Assembly: GCA_016931955.1 (NCBI GenBank)
Contig: JAFGDV010000029.1
Span: 1 to 49,976 of the forward strand
Length of the DNA stretch: 49,976 nucleotides
Reading direction: 5' to 3'
Source of the DNA: Candidatus Altiarchaeota archaeon
GTDB lineage: Archaea > Altiarchaeota > Altiarchaeia > IMC4 > QMZM01
Position 1 is the first letter of the stretch, and every line of letters begins with the position of its first letter. Positions 1 through 10,256 of the stretch are shown piece by piece. The notes beneath the pieces were generated by a model. It was not told the origin of the DNA, made no database searches, and saw only the letters and a program-made list of their open reading frames with translations. The position numbers and the translations under genes are program-made.

Positions 1-14
1 CCGGGATTCGACAC

Positions 15-326
15 ATAAGGGCACCTTGTGCCCTTATCAACCCTAAGAATCTGCCATAGGCAGATTCCAATTTTTCTTTGGGATGATAGACCTTTCTTTT
101 TCTAAAAGAAAGAGCTATAAGTGCTCCCGCCGGGATTTGAACCCGGGTCACCAGCTCGAAAGGCTGGAATGATTGGCCGGTCTACACTACGGGAGCATTT
201 GCATGGGTTTTTGATCGACCTTTTTTCTAAAAAGGTTGCTACCACTAGGGGGGCTTTTTTACTATTGGGATTATGTGAATTTTAATCGGCTTTGGGGATG
301 CAACACCTTTCCTAAAGGGGTTGCAT
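15..326. repeat. Cluster of short palindromic (REP-like) hairpins
   Basis: Inverted repeats at 15-37, 47-67, 92-112, 218-236 and 298-326; the last three have a T-rich arm, a YCT loop and an A-rich arm. Confidence 0.75.
122..196 (-). tRNA. tRNA-Glu (anticodon TTC), intronless
   Basis: Reverse complement folds as a cloverleaf: acceptor GCTCCCG/CGGGAGC, anticodon arm CCAGC-CTTTCGA-GCTGG, T arm CCGGG-TTCAAAT-CCCGG. Confidence 0.97.
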
Positions 327-353
327 GATAGGCCGGTCTACACTATGGGAGCA
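325..353 (-). pseudogene. 5' fragment of tRNA-Glu (tRNA positions ~1-25)
   Basis: 27/29 nt identical to 169-197; similarity stops at the end of the D stem. Confidence 0.75.
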
Positions 354-394
354 GGCTGAGAATTTGGTTGGTACTATATTTGGGATTTCAGGTT

Positions 395-991
395 TTAATA
401 ATGCTCTGCTGCTAGTTTTCTGGCTTTTTTGTACGCTCCCCTGGCTTTCTTATGGGGTATGAATTTTGTGTTCACTTTCACAGTCACTTCAAAAACTTTT
501 AAGCTGCCTGACTTAACTTTCTCTAAAACCTTTTCGGTGTCGCCTATCTTGTATTTCAAGGCCACTGGGACGAGCTTCTTCTTCGATTCAAGGTTACGGA
601 GCATGGTCTTCAGATTGTTTAACTCCAACTCCAGCAACCTTATGGACTCATCCAAAGGCTTCTCCTCAGAGCTTAGGGAGAAACCAGGGTCGCCGTAGAT
701 TTTCTGGAATTCACTGAATACTGTATCATCAGATGAACCGACAACCAACATATGCTTGAATGTTTTCTCCCCCACCCACCAAAACCTCTTCAAGAGACTC
801 TCTGGGTGGATTATTAGGAGAACAACTGTGGAGGACAAAACCACTAAAGACAACACAGTCACCGTGACAAATGATAGACTGGATAGCAAATAGAGATAGA
901 AGACAATCATTAGGGATATTGCAACATATATTGACTCCCTAAATGTGAAGGGGCCTATGAACCGTTTATCATGGGTTAACAGCTCAGGCAT
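395..991 (-). CDS. Hypothetical membrane protein with PrgI-like N-terminus and coiled coil
   Basis: ORF 395..1018, likely ATG at 991; motif KRFIGPFTFRE followed by two hydrophobic helices. Confidence 0.55.
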   Translation of the reverse strand: MPELLTHDKRFIGPFTFRESIYVAISLMIVFYLYLLSSLSFVTVTVLSLVVLSSTVVLLIIHPESLLKRFWWVGEKTFKHMLVVGSSDDTVFSEFQKIYGDPGFSLSSEEKPLDESIRLLELELNNLKTMLRNLESKKKLVPVALKYKIGDTEKVLEKVKSGSLKVFEVTVKVNTKFIPHKKARGAYKKARKLAAEHY

Positions 992-1097
992 CTTACTATG
1001 TCTACTATTAGAATTCAAGCTTTTATATGTTTCAGTATTTAGCCTGTAGGAATTACAACAATTAGGGGACAGCTAAGGGAGCAAAGCCAGGGTATAA

Positions 1098-1406
1098 CTA
1101 CTGAGTCAGCTCGATTTCTATGTGGACGCCGTCTGGGACTTGGATGCGCATTATCTGTCTTAGACTTCTTTCATCAGCATCGACGTCTATGATGCGCTTA
1201 TGGATGCGCATCTCCCAGCGCTCCCAGGTTGCGGTGCCTTCACCGTCAGAAGACTTTCGGGTGGTAATCTTCAGCTTCTTGGTCGGCAGGGGAATGGGAC
1301 CGGAGTAGTTCGCTCCAGTCTTCTCCGTAATGTCTACTATCTGCTTCGAAATATCCTCCAATTCCCTTGGATTCTTGCCTATGATTATGATTCTAGCTTT
1401 CTCCAT
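1098..1406 (-). CDS. rps10: 30S ribosomal protein S10 (uS10)
   Basis: SGPIPLPTK and [11 protein letters not shown] motifs. Confidence 0.98.
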   Translation of the reverse strand: MEKARIIIIGKNPRELEDISKQIVDITEKTGANYSGPIPLPTKKLKITTRKSSDGEGTATWERWEMRIHKRIIDVDADERSLRQIMRIQVPDGVHIEIELTQ

Positions 1407-1436
1407 TCTATAAAAAAAAATGTAAAAAGAAAGAGA

Positions 1437-2705
1437 TTACTTCTTTGGGACAACCTCCGTGACCATTCCTGCTGCGACGGTCTGACCCATGTCTCTGACA
1501 GCGAACCTACCGAGCTGCGGGAAATCCTTAGCAGCCTCGATGCATAGAAGCTTTGTTGGCTTCATCTTAACAACGGCTACGTCACCCGTCTTCAGGAACT
1601 GCGGCTTATCCTCCAATACGCCACCAGTTTTCGGATCAATCTTCTTAACCAGTTCAGTGAACTGGCAGGCAACCTGCGAGGTGTGTACGTGCAATACTGG
1701 AGTGTAGCCCACTGTTATCGCTGAAGGATGCTGTAAGACCACTATTTGCGCGGTGAATTCTTCGGCAACCTTTGGGGGATTATCTACTGGACCGACAACA
1801 TCGCCCCTCTTAACGTCTTTCTTACCTATTCCTCTGACGTTGAAGCCTACGTTGTCGCCTGGAACAGCCTCGGACAACTGTTCATGGTGCATCTCTATGG
1901 TCTTAACTTCACCAATTACGCCCGCCGGCATGAACATGACCTTCATCCCAGGTTTCATTACGCCGGTTTCAACCCTGCCGACTGGAACAGTTCCAGCCCC
2001 TGTTATGGTGTAAACGTCTTGGACTGGAAGCCTCAAAGGCTTTTCTTTCGGCTTCTCTGGGGCTTTAAGGCCATCCAAGAGATTCAGTAATACTTCACCC
2101 TTATACCAAGGCATCTTGTCGCTTTTAGCCTTAAGGTTGTCTCCTTGGTACGCTGAAGTCGGTACGAAGGGTACCTGGTCGACCTTGTACCCGATGCTAG
2201 TAAGGAGCTTCGCCACTTCATTCTTTACGTTGTTGAATTTAGCCTCCTCATAGTTGACCGCATCCATCTTGTTCAACGCCACTATCAGGTTTGGAACGCC
2301 CATGGTCTTCGCAAGGAATGCATGCTCTTTTGTCTGAGGCTGGATGCCCTCTTTGACGGATACGACGAGGACTGCTGCGTCGGCCTGTGAAGTACCTGTG
2401 ATCATGTTCTTCACAAAGTCCCTGTGCCCTGGGGCGTCGATAATCGTGAAATAGTTCTTCGTGGTCTGGAATTTCCTGTGCGCGATGTCTATGGTCAACC
2501 CCCTCTCACGCTCATCCTTGAGAGAGTCCATGACCCATGCGTATTCGAAGGTGCCCTTACCAAGCTTTTCCGCTTCTTCTCTGTATTTCTTCATCACCTG
2601 CTCGGGGACCTCTCCAAGCTCGTAGAGAAATCTACCGACCAGTGTAGACTTACCATGGTCAACGTGACCTATAAATACTAGGTTTATGTGTGGTTTTTCG
2701 GCCAT
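1437..2705 (-). CDS. tuf: Translation elongation factor aEF-1 alpha
   Basis: [21 protein letters not shown]; ATG at 2705 with GAGGT Shine-Dalgarno. Confidence 0.99.
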   Translation of the reverse strand: MAEKPHINLVFIGHVDHGKSTLVGRFLYELGEVPEQVMKKYREEAEKLGKGTFEYAWVMDSLKDERERGLTIDIAHRKFQTTKNYFTIIDAPGHRDFVKNMITGTSQADAAVLVVSVKEGIQPQTKEHAFLAKTMGVPNLIVALNKMDAVNYEEAKFNNVKNEVAKLLTSIGYKVDQVPFVPTSAYQGDNLKAKSDKMPWYKGEVLLNLLDGLKAPEKPKEKPLRLPVQDVYTITGAGTVPVGRVETGVMKPGMKVMFMPAGVIGEVKTIEMHHEQLSEAVPGDNVGFNVRGIGKKDVKRGDVVGPVDNPPKVAEEFTAQIVVLQHPSAITVGYTPVLHVHTSQVACQFTELVKKIDPKTGGVLEDKPQFLKTGDVAVVKMKPTKLLCIEAAKDFPQLGRFAVRDMGQTVAAGMVTEVVPKK

Positions 2706-2804
2706 TTTAGATACCTCCTCATTTGCTATATCATACAAGTTATCCCTTGATTAGAAGGATAGTAATAGTATTTGGTTTAAAACTTTAAAAAACGACTCAT
2801 GCGA

Positions 2805-5000
2805 TTATTCCATGAATTCTTCGGCCTTGGGCATCTCCTTCTTAAGGCCCTTCCGCTCTCTTACCCTGAAGATGATCTCGTTCTGCAGTTCCGTAGGCAA
2901 TTTCTCGAATCCCGCATTTTCAGTGGACCAGAGGGCATGCCCCTCAGATGCGCTCCTTATGTCACCAGCAAAACCGAAAGATTCCGCCACCGGCATCTTC
3001 GACTCAATGGTCATAAGCTCGTCCTTCTGCGTCATCTCCCCAACAATGCCCCTTCTCCTCTGAAGCTCCCGGGTAACGGCTCCCATGTATTCCTGGGGCA
3101 CGTCAATCCACACATTCTGGACGGGCTCAAGTATCGTAGACCTCGCTTTTAAGATGCATGCACACATCGGCCTCTTCACTGCGGGGTAGATCTGCGCTGG
3201 ACCACGGTGAATTGCATCCTCATGAAGCACGGCATCAACCAACTTCACCTTCAACCTCGTTACTGGCTCGTTGGCGATGGGTCCGTTGTCCATGACCTGT
3301 TCGAAACCATCCAATATAAGCTCCATGACCTCGTCAAGGTGTTGAATCCCACGAGTCATATCAACCATCAGATTACCCTTATATATGTTTATCACCCTCC
3401 TCGCTTCCTCCCTGTCCATGCCCAGTTCCACCAGTTGAGCTCGGATGTCCTTGCTGCGGTCCTTCCGCCTGCCCTCCTTTATTTCGCCAGAGACTACGGC
3501 GTCATATACCGGCTTCTCTAAGGGCTCGACCTCGATTTGGAATTTGTTGTGCTTGTTTGGGGATTTACCTTCAAGGGGACCGAACTTATCAGCTACTGTT
3601 TCACGGTAGACAACTATAGGGGGGGATGTTTCAATGTCTAAGCCGCCCGCCTTTATACGGTTAGTGATTACCTCCAAGTGAAGTTCACCCATCCCAGACA
3701 ACAGATGCTCCCCCGTTTCTTCATCAATCTTTACATTAAGCGTAGGATCCTCCTTCGCCACCTGCCTCAGGACCTCGATGACCTTGGGCAGATCCTTCAT
3801 GTGTTTCGCTTCCACGGCCATGGTCACAACAGGCTCTGAGGTGTGGATCATTCCCTCAAACTGATGGATTTCTTCGGTTGAAACCGTCTCCCCTGCGAAG
3901 GCTGTCTTCAAGCCCGTGATTCCGACGATGTTTCCTGCTGGAACGGACTCTGCGCTCACCCTGGAAGCGCCCATGTACACTTCAACCTGCTGGAGCCTCT
4001 CCGTCGATTTTGCGCCGACGAGATAGACATCCTGCCCTTGGGATAACGTGCCTGAGAAGATCCTTGCAGTCGCTACTTCACCCTCTCTCTTGTCGAAGAC
4101 CTGTATGTTGGTGATCATTATAGCCAGCTTCCCCTTGGAGTCGCAGTTGAGCATCGACTTCCCGATTTCGCTTTCCAGGTCGCCTTTCCATATCTGTGGG
4201 ATCCTGAACCTCTGAGCCTCTGTGGGATTAGGCAGATGCTTTACCGCTATGTTCAACATAATCTCGTGAGCAGGCGCTTTCTCAGCCAGTATCTTCTGTT
4301 GATCGTTGTTGCAGTAGTCTATTATGTCCTTGAATGTGATGCCTGACTTCTTCATGTATGGAACAGAGATAGCCCAGTTATGATAGGCTGAACCGAATGA
4401 AACACTTCCTGTCTCGACGTTAACGCGCCAATCAACACCTTCGGGCTGCCTCTGCTTGATGATCTTGTTCACGTCGGAAATGATCTTGAGGAACCTCTGC
4501 TGCAACTCATCCGGCTGCAGCCTCAGCTCGTTTATGAGGCGATCGACCTTGTTTATGAACAGAGTAGGTCTTACTCTCTCCTTCAGTGCCTGGCTTATCA
4601 CAGTCTTGGTCTGAGGCATGACGCCTTCGACAGCACACACAACAACTATCACTCCATCCACTGCCCTCATAGCCCTGGTAACGTCTCCTCCAAAGTCCAC
4701 GTGACCTGGGGTGTCTATCATATTTATCAGGTAATCACTACCCTCATATGTGTGGACCATGGAGACGTTCGCTGCATTTATTGTGATGCCCCTCTCACGC
4801 TCGTCGTCGTGGAAGTCTAAGGCAAGTTGCTTACCCGCCATCTCCTTAGAGATCATCCCCGCATTGGATAATAGGTTGTCACTGAGCGTTGTCTTACCAT
4901 GGTCTATGTGCGCTACTATACCCATATTCCTTATCCTTTCCGGTTTATCCACCAGCTTCGTAACCTTAGCCAGAATCTGCTTGTATCTACCCATTTTCAC
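2805..5000 (-). CDS. fusA: Translation elongation factor aEF-2
   Basis: [17 protein letters not shown], diphthamide loop [11 protein letters not shown]. Confidence 0.99.
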   Translation of the reverse strand: MKMGRYKQILAKVTKLVDKPERIRNMGIVAHIDHGKTTLSDNLLSNAGMISKEMAGKQLALDFHDDERERGITINAANVSMVHTYEGSDYLINMIDTPGHVDFGGDVTRAMRAVDGVIVVVCAVEGVMPQTKTVISQALKERVRPTLFINKVDRLINELRLQPDELQQRFLKIISDVNKIIKQRQPEGVDWRVNVETGSVSFGSAYHNWAISVPYMKKSGITFKDIIDYCNNDQQKILAEKAPAHEIMLNIAVKHLPNPTEAQRFRIPQIWKGDLESEIGKSMLNCDSKGKLAIMITNIQVFDKREGEVATARIFSGTLSQGQDVYLVGAKSTERLQQVEVYMGASRVSAESVPAGNIVGITGLKTAFAGETVSTEEIHQFEGMIHTSEPVVTMAVEAKHMKDLPKVIEVLRQVAKEDPTLNVKIDEETGEHLLSGMGELHLEVITNRIKAGGLDIETSPPIVVYRETVADKFGPLEGKSPNKHNKFQIEVEPLEKPVYDAVVSGEIKEGRRKDRSKDIRAQLVELGMDREEARRVINIYKGNLMVDMTRGIQHLDEVMELILDGFEQVMDNGPIANEPVTRLKVKLVDAVLHEDAIHRGPAQIYPAVKRPMCACILKARSTILEPVQNVWIDVPQEYMGAVTRELQRRRGIVGEMTQKDELMTIESKMPVAESFGFAGDIRSASEGHALWSTENAGFEKLPTELQNEIIFRVRERKGLKKEMPKAEEFME

Positions 5001-5002
5001 AC

Positions 5003-5608
5003 CTATCTAGAAGACTGCGCTATCCTCTCCGTCTCCTCTTTTCTCTGGATAGCATAGCTTTTTGTGTCAGAGGTTGACGCCCAGATAATCTCGTCGGCCA
5101 GACATTCCTCTATCGTCTTCTTTGAGTTGAAGGCTGTCGCAAAAGCACCAAGAGCTATGTACTTGAGCGCGAAATCGACCCTCCTCTGCGAGGAAACATC
5201 GACTGCTTGATGGTATCGTATTCCGCCGTATATTATCGTTGTCGTCTCCTCTCTGGGACCGGAATTGATTATTGCATCAACCAAAACCTGTATGGGATTA
5301 TTCTTTGTTCTTTTTTCAATGATCTCGAATGCATCTCTGACGATGTTGATGGCATTCTGTTTTTTCCCTGTGTTGCCGCCACCCCTGATAAAACGACCGG
5401 CGACTTTTTTCGTCCCCTGACCGGAGCGCATGATCTTGTTTATGAGACGCTCTATTATGTTCATTTTACTCTTCCCGAACTGTTTCCCAACCAGCCTGCC
5501 AGAACTATGCGGAACATACGTTGGTTCAAGGGATATGTATCTCTTCAAACCCTCATCCTTCACTTCCACATCCCTGAAGCTCCACCTATCAAAGAGTTTG
5601 ATGTCCAT
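5003..5608 (-). CDS. rps7: 30S ribosomal protein S7 (uS7)
   Basis: [32 protein letters not shown]. Confidence 0.98.
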   Translation of the reverse strand: MDIKLFDRWSFRDVEVKDEGLKRYISLEPTYVPHSSGRLVGKQFGKSKMNIIERLINKIMRSGQGTKKVAGRFIRGGGNTGKKQNAINIVRDAFEIIEKRTKNNPIQVLVDAIINSGPREETTTIIYGGIRYHQAVDVSSQRRVDFALKYIALGAFATAFNSKKTIEECLADEIIWASTSDTKSYAIQRKEETERIAQSSR

Positions 5609-5609
5609 C

Positions 5610-5762
5610 TTATCTATACTTCTTGAAACCGATTCTTAAAGCGTCCTCTCTAAAGCATCTCCTGCAGATATTCAATCCATATTTATGGATTAATCCCTTG
5701 TGGGTTCCGCAAACAAGACAGCGAAGGTTTCTCGCATCCGCTTTCTCGTTCTTCTTTTTCAT
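5610..5762 (-). CDS. rps14: 30S ribosomal protein S14 (uS14, zinc-binding), 50 aa, absent from the ORF track
   Basis: Manual translation [50 protein letters not shown]; overlaps the rpl5 stop (ATGA). Confidence 0.96.
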   Translation of the reverse strand: MKKKNEKADARNLRCLVCGTHKGLIHKYGLNICRRCFREDALRIGFKKYR

Positions 5763-6277
5763 TCTGAGATACTTATACCGAATTTCTTCTTAATAAACTC
5801 AATCGATTCATCCTTCTTGAGAAGACTACTTGAGGGTATCCTCTTTTTGAGTATTCTCCTCTTTTTTATCCTGTAACCTGGCAGCTCCATTGTAGTTGAG
5901 ATGTTCATACCAAAGATCCCGATGTCGGGGTCGTATTTTACCCCAGGCATATCGATGTATTCATGGATGCCGAAGGAGAAATTTCCATCTGAGTCAAAGA
6001 CTGACTGCTTTATTGTGTTATCCTTGGCGACAAAACTCTTTTTCAGGAATTCCTCCGCCTCTTTGCCACGGAGCGTTACCTTACAGCCGATGGGCTCCCT
6101 CTTCTTCAGATTCCATGCAGGGATCTTGTGTTTGGAGATGGTTCTGACAGGCTTCCTCCCAGTAAGCCTTCCAAGGAGTGTCTCCGCCTTAACCAGCTTC
6201 TCTCCAGAGCTCCCGACTCCAATGTTCACCACAACCTTCTCTATCCTAGGAACCATCATCGGATTCTTTTTTTCCAT
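5759..6277 (-). CDS. rpl5: 50S ribosomal protein L5 (uL5)
   Basis: [36 protein letters not shown]. Confidence 0.98.
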   Translation of the reverse strand: MEKKNPMMVPRIEKVVVNIGVGSSGEKLVKAETLLGRLTGRKPVRTISKHKIPAWNLKKREPIGCKVTLRGKEAEEFLKKSFVAKDNTIKQSVFDSDGNFSFGIHEYIDMPGVKYDPDIGIFGMNISTTMELPGYRIKKRRILKKRIPSSSLLKKDESIEFIKKKFGISISE

Positions 6278-6278
6278 A

Positions 6279-6941
6279 TTAGATCTCTATTAACGGCTTG
6301 TCTTTGCCTATGACGAATATGTAGTCCGTTAGCGTGTGAAACTCCCCTATCTCGGTTAACGACTTCTGTATCTCACTTCCTTTGGATATGGCGGCGATAC
6401 TACCACTTTCAGCCCGATGCCTCCCCTTGACTATGATACCCACACTGCCTTTATCGAACTTGACCAAGTCCTTTATCTTTCTATCAGGCAATTCAAGTAT
6501 TACAGTGTCTCTTGTCTTATAGTTGTCTTCATCAACCAGGATGTTGCTTCCATCATGCAGGTTCAGCTGTATGCGGCCTTTTTTAACAACCTTTTTATCA
6601 ATGATCTTGCACGGCTTAATGCCCGCTTCTTCCTTCTTGATCGGTTTAAGAGTGAATCTCTTCCGAGCAGGCAATACCCTAAAACACTCATTGGTCTTGG
6701 GTATCTCGATGACGTCCATCAAACCCACTCCATAATTGGGATCCCTGTTTGTCTTACCATCCACGAGGATCAGGCCATTCCTTATTATCCTGTTCGCCTC
6801 TCGCGCATTATCCGCATACCCCAGGATGTCTCTTACAATAAGCGTGAGGGGTATGCTTTCCCCGATGCCATGCGGTCCTTTAGGTGTAACGATCCACTTA
6901 GGCTTCTTTCCGTAACCTGCTGCTAGTCTCTTGGTGTGCAT
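6279..6941 (-). CDS. rps4e: 30S ribosomal protein S4e (eS4)
   Basis: MHTKRLAA, GPH, QLNLHDG; operon position. Confidence 0.96.
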   Translation of the reverse strand: MHTKRLAAGYGKKPKWIVTPKGPHGIGESIPLTLIVRDILGYADNAREANRIIRNGLILVDGKTNRDPNYGVGLMDVIEIPKTNECFRVLPARKRFTLKPIKKEEAGIKPCKIIDKKVVKKGRIQLNLHDGSNILVDEDNYKTRDTVILELPDRKIKDLVKFDKGSVGIIVKGRHRAESGSIAAISKGSEIQKSLTEIGEFHTLTDYIFVIGKDKPLIEI

Positions 6942-6942
6942 T

Positions 6943-7311
6943 TTATCCCATCTTCCTCTCTAGGATTTCCCGCCTCTTCTTGTCTTCAAGGAAGAGGTCG
7001 ACTAACATAACATTCGACGGATCTATGGCTCTTTCAATCTCTGTCCCGTCGGACTTCTTGATGGTTATCCCGCCAACGTAGATCTTATACTCCTTGGTGT
7101 TAACCCGCATGACATCACCTTGAGTGCCTCTAAATTCGCCCCTCATGACCCTTACTTTGTCCCCCTTACGAACGGACATGCTCCGGCGCTTGTATTTCTT
7201 CTTTAATTCCTCACTGAGTGTGGAGCTCACCATCTCCCTCCTACGGTGCAACGGAGCCTGAAGACGATACTTCCTCTGCTTTCCCGGCTTCTTAGATGTT
7301 ATCTGCTTCAT
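6943..7311 (-). CDS. rpl24: 50S ribosomal protein L24 (uL24)
   Basis: SKKPGKQRK, KOW motif VRKGDKVRVMRG, IDPSNV. Confidence 0.97.
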   Translation of the reverse strand: MKQITSKKPGKQRKYRLQAPLHRRREMVSSTLSEELKKKYKRRSMSVRKGDKVRVMRGEFRGTQGDVMRVNTKEYKIYVGGITIKKSDGTEIERAIDPSNVMLVDLFLEDKKRREILERKMG

Positions 7312-7319
7312 TTTTTGAT

Positions 7320-7757
7320 CTAAAACACGACACTTGCTATTGAACCTATTTTATTCCAACGCTCAGCAGCCTCTCTCGCGATGACGGTCTTGATCTCTGT
7401 GCCCTTCGGCATTCCATCGTCGCCTACAATCACTGCAGCATTATCCTCAAACCTTATCTTAGCCCCACTAAATCGAGTAAAGGGTTTTCTCTGCCTGACT
7501 ATGACGGCTAAAACCACCTGGTTCCTCATGTCCGCGCGACCCTTCTTAACGCTCGCTATTATCAGATCCCCTACTCCCGCGGCTGGCAGCCTAGTCCTGA
7601 CCCCCTTATAGCTCCTGACTGCTATAATCTCCAGCTCCTTCGCCCCCGTATTGTCCGCGCAATTAAGTCTCGCCCCTACAGGCAAAGGCCTGTTTGTCTT
7701 CGCTGGAACCGCCTTCCCAAGGGGCAGATTCTTCATCACACCCAGTGGTTTAGCCAT
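7320..7757 (-). CDS. rpl14: 50S ribosomal protein L14 (uL14)
   Basis: [17 protein letters not shown]. Confidence 0.98.
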   Translation of the reverse strand: MAKPLGVMKNLPLGKAVPAKTNRPLPVGARLNCADNTGAKELEIIAVRSYKGVRTRLPAAGVGDLIIASVKKGRADMRNQVVLAVIVRQRKPFTRFSGAKIRFEDNAAVIVGDDGMPKGTEIKTVIAREAAERWNKIGSIASVVF

Positions 7758-8076
7758 TTTTCTGCTCGGTTAGTTTCTCTACTACAACAAAGCTGACAGT
7801 CTTGCTTAACTTTCTGCACTCCATTATCCTGACGCGGTCACCAGCCTTCGCATTAATGCACGGCGGGTTGTGCGCGGGAATCCTCGACTTCGAAGACCTG
7901 TATCTGTTGTATTTACCTGACTTTATCATGTAGTTTCTCTGCACTACAACCGTTCCTTCCATCTTGTCCGACATCACCACACCCTCCAAGACGATACCCC
8001 GCGTCGAAAGGGTCCCGTGTTTCGGACAATTGACGTCATCACATGCAATTTCCTTTTTCTCGAATTTCTTCGCCAT
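7750..8076 (-). CDS. rps17: 30S ribosomal protein S17 (uS17)
   Basis: [25 protein letters not shown]. Confidence 0.97.
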   Translation of the reverse strand: MAKKFEKKEIACDDVNCPKHGTLSTRGIVLEGVVMSDKMEGTVVVQRNYMIKSGKYNRYRSSKSRIPAHNPPCINAKAGDRVRIMECRKLSKTVSFVVVEKLTEQKNG

Positions 8077-8080
8077 TTTC

Positions 8081-8362
8081 TTACATGAATCTTATCCTGT
8101 ATTTCTTTTTTATCCTATCCTCGGGCCTGGAGAGCAAGAGTCTTCCATCAACCCTCACCCTGCAACCCCCCGGAAGATCTAACTCAAGGGTTATGGAGTC
8201 TTTAGGCAGCATCTTCGTCTTCTCCTGATGTTTTACCCCTATAGTATTCCTTGTCTCTCTGAAGATACAGCCTTGGCACTTATAGCCCTCATGAGTCGCG
8301 TCTACTACCTTGGCGTGGAGGCCAACCAATTCATGACGAAGGACATTATATGGTGTGATCAC
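8081..8362 (-). CDS. rnp1: RNase P protein component 1 (Rpp29/Pop4)
   Basis: HELVGL, ETRN, RPEDRIK; canonical position between SUI1 and S17. Confidence 0.93.
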   Translation of the reverse strand: MITPYNVLRHELVGLHAKVVDATHEGYKCQGCIFRETRNTIGVKHQEKTKMLPKDSITLELDLPGGCRVRVDGRLLLSRPEDRIKKKYRIRFM

Positions 8363-8380
8363 TTTAGAAGGATTGAAAGG

Positions 8381-8677
8381 TTATGCTATGTCAATCATGT
8401 CCTCAGAGAAGCCCATCCCGATCAGGATTTCCCTCATCTTGTTAAGATGGTCTCCCTGCAATTCAATGTGGTCGTTTTTTGCCGTACCACCACACGCCAA
8501 CCTCTTCTTCAAATCCTTTGCAATGTTTTCCAAGTCCACATCCTTAAACCCATCAACAACGGTCACGACCTTACCATAACGTCTCTTGTCACTTCTCACT
8601 CTAATCCGCTGGCCTTCCTTCGTCATCTCGTCGCAGACGCACAACTCCTCAGGAAGTCCGCACCTTGGACAATTCAT
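8381..8677 (-). CDS. Translation initiation factor aIF1 (SUI1 homolog)
   Basis: [26 protein letters not shown]. Confidence 0.96.
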   Translation of the reverse strand: MNCPRCGLPEELCVCDEMTKEGQRIRVRSDKRRYGKVVTVVDGFKDVDLENIAKDLKKRLACGGTAKNDHIELQGDHLNKMREILIGMGFSEDMIDIA

Positions 8678-8889
8678 TTCTCTCTTTTCTTTAACTCCTC
8701 TTCTTTTTTGATCGTCAAAATCCTCGCAATAGTGCGCCTTATCTCTTTAGCCTTCCCTACGTTCTCCGGAACCCCGCCCGAAGCCAGCACTCCCTTGATC
8801 TTCATCAAGTCCTTCTGCAGCTCAGTAAGATTCCCATCCAACTCATCCGCCTTCATCTCCCTCATCTCACTGGCGCGCAATATTGCCAT
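8674..8889 (-). CDS. rpl29: 50S ribosomal protein L29 (uL29)
   Basis: [22 protein letters not shown]. Confidence 0.96.
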   Translation of the reverse strand: MAILRASEMREMKADELDGNLTELQKDLMKIKGVLASGGVPENVGKAKEIRRTIARILTIKKEEELKKREK

Positions 8890-8927
8890 TTTAAAGATAT
8901 AATACGTAATTGTCTGTATTAAATCCG

Positions 8928-9800
8928 CTACTTCTTCTCTATCTCTTTCTTCTCTGGTTTCTTCTTCTCTGTTTTCTCCCTGACTTCTCCCTTCACCGCA
9001 GGCTCTGCCGACTTCTTCTTTTCTGGCTTCTCTGCCTTCTTCTCCTTCTTTTCCTGCTTAGCTTTCTTTTCCTTGGGTTTAGGTCCTTCTTTTTTCTCTT
9101 CCTTCTCTGGCCCTTTCTCTCCCTTTTCCACTGGTTCAGCCACTTTGGCTTCTTCCACTAAGCTGGTTGTCACTACCTCAGCTTTCTCAACCCTCTCAGC
9201 CCCTTTAGGGATGACTGAGATCTGGTCAGGGAAAACAGCATTCGGTGGAACGATCTTGACCCTAACGCCGATGATCCCGGCCTTCAGGTAAGCCTGCGTT
9301 GAACCGACCTGGACAAGCTTCAGCGAATCCCCAGCCTTCTTCATATAGCCTTCAGAGTATTTTTCTGTGCGAGAGCGGCCACCCTTTCCAACGATCTTTC
9401 CTGATAGGATTACCTCAACGCCCCGGGCACCGGAGGTCATAACTGCACGTAAGGCTTTATAGACTACCCTACGCCTATTCATACCCCTCTCCAGTGCGAG
9501 AGCAATCCTTCTCACGACGATGTTCGGGTCGAGGGTTGGGTTCTCTATCTTCTGAACATCGACAGCTGGATTATCGATGCCATACCTTGTCTTCAATAGC
9601 TTTGTCAACTTGTTAATCCGCTTGCCCTTCTTCCCTATAACCAGCGGGGGCTTCTCAACGTACAAAATAATCCTTGTCGCAAGAGGGGTCTTCTGTATGT
9701 TTATACCTGAATAGCCCGTGCCGCTTAGTTCATTCTTCAGGTAATTCTCTATCTCAGACCTTATCTTCCCCTCCTGAATAAAATGTTTCTCCATCGCCAT
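8928..9800 (-). CDS. rps3: 30S ribosomal protein S3 (uS3) with Lys/Glu-rich C-terminal tail
   Basis: KH domain VIGKKG, GARGVEVILSGK, GIIGVRVKI; likely ATG at 9800. Confidence 0.96.
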   Translation of the reverse strand: MAMEKHFIQEGKIRSEIENYLKNELSGTGYSGINIQKTPLATRIILYVEKPPLVIGKKGKRINKLTKLLKTRYGIDNPAVDVQKIENPTLDPNIVVRRIALALERGMNRRRVVYKALRAVMTSGARGVEVILSGKIVGKGGRSRTEKYSEGYMKKAGDSLKLVQVGSTQAYLKAGIIGVRVKIVPPNAVFPDQISVIPKGAERVEKAEVVTTSLVEEAKVAEPVEKGEKGPEKEEKKEGPKPKEKKAKQEKKEKKAEKPEKKKSAEPAVKGEVREKTEKKKPEKKEIEKK

Positions 9801-9801
9801 T

Positions 9802-10254
9802 CTAAGACTCCTCTGCAATAACCTGAACATTAACCAAATCTCTCACCCAGGTAGCCCACCTACCCTTTGGTTTCCTCCTTTTCCTGGAGATGCCCTTCAG
9901 GGCCTGAAGGTGAGCAATCCGCAGCTTCTCGGAATCCAATCCCTTATAGTCGGCGTTCGCCTCAAGATTCCTTAAAACACGTAATATAGAGGACGCCGCC
10001 TTCTTGGGGTATCTTCCGATATTGTCCTTACCCAAACCCCTCCTATGACCTATTCCCTTATTGAACCTCTTGAATGGTATTGTTTTCTCCAATGCTACCA
10101 CAGACTCCAAGAGACTCATTGCCTCTGTGAGCTTCATCCCTCTGAGTTTGTCGCATACAACTACTGCATCCTTAAACGATATATCGAAGTTTCTGCCCAT
10201 AGCCTTCACAGCCTTCGCCTCGTCAGTTGGTGTCGTAGAGTAGAGTAGCTCCAT
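9802..10254 (-). CDS. rpl22: 50S ribosomal protein L22 (uL22)
   Basis: ISFK, IPFKRFN, GRYPKKAA, NADYKGLD. Confidence 0.96.
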   Translation of the reverse strand: MELLYSTTPTDEAKAVKAMGRNFDISFKDAVVVCDKLRGMKLTEAMSLLESVVALEKTIPFKRFNKGIGHRRGLGKDNIGRYPKKAASSILRVLRNLEANADYKGLDSEKLRIAHLQALKGISRKRRKPKGRWATWVRDLVNVQVIAEES

Positions 10255-10256
10255 CT

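Noticed and set aside
3180-3230. Non-canonical EF-2 diphthamide loop
   Set aside because: HRGPAQ with the target His is intact, so this is a canonical aEF-2
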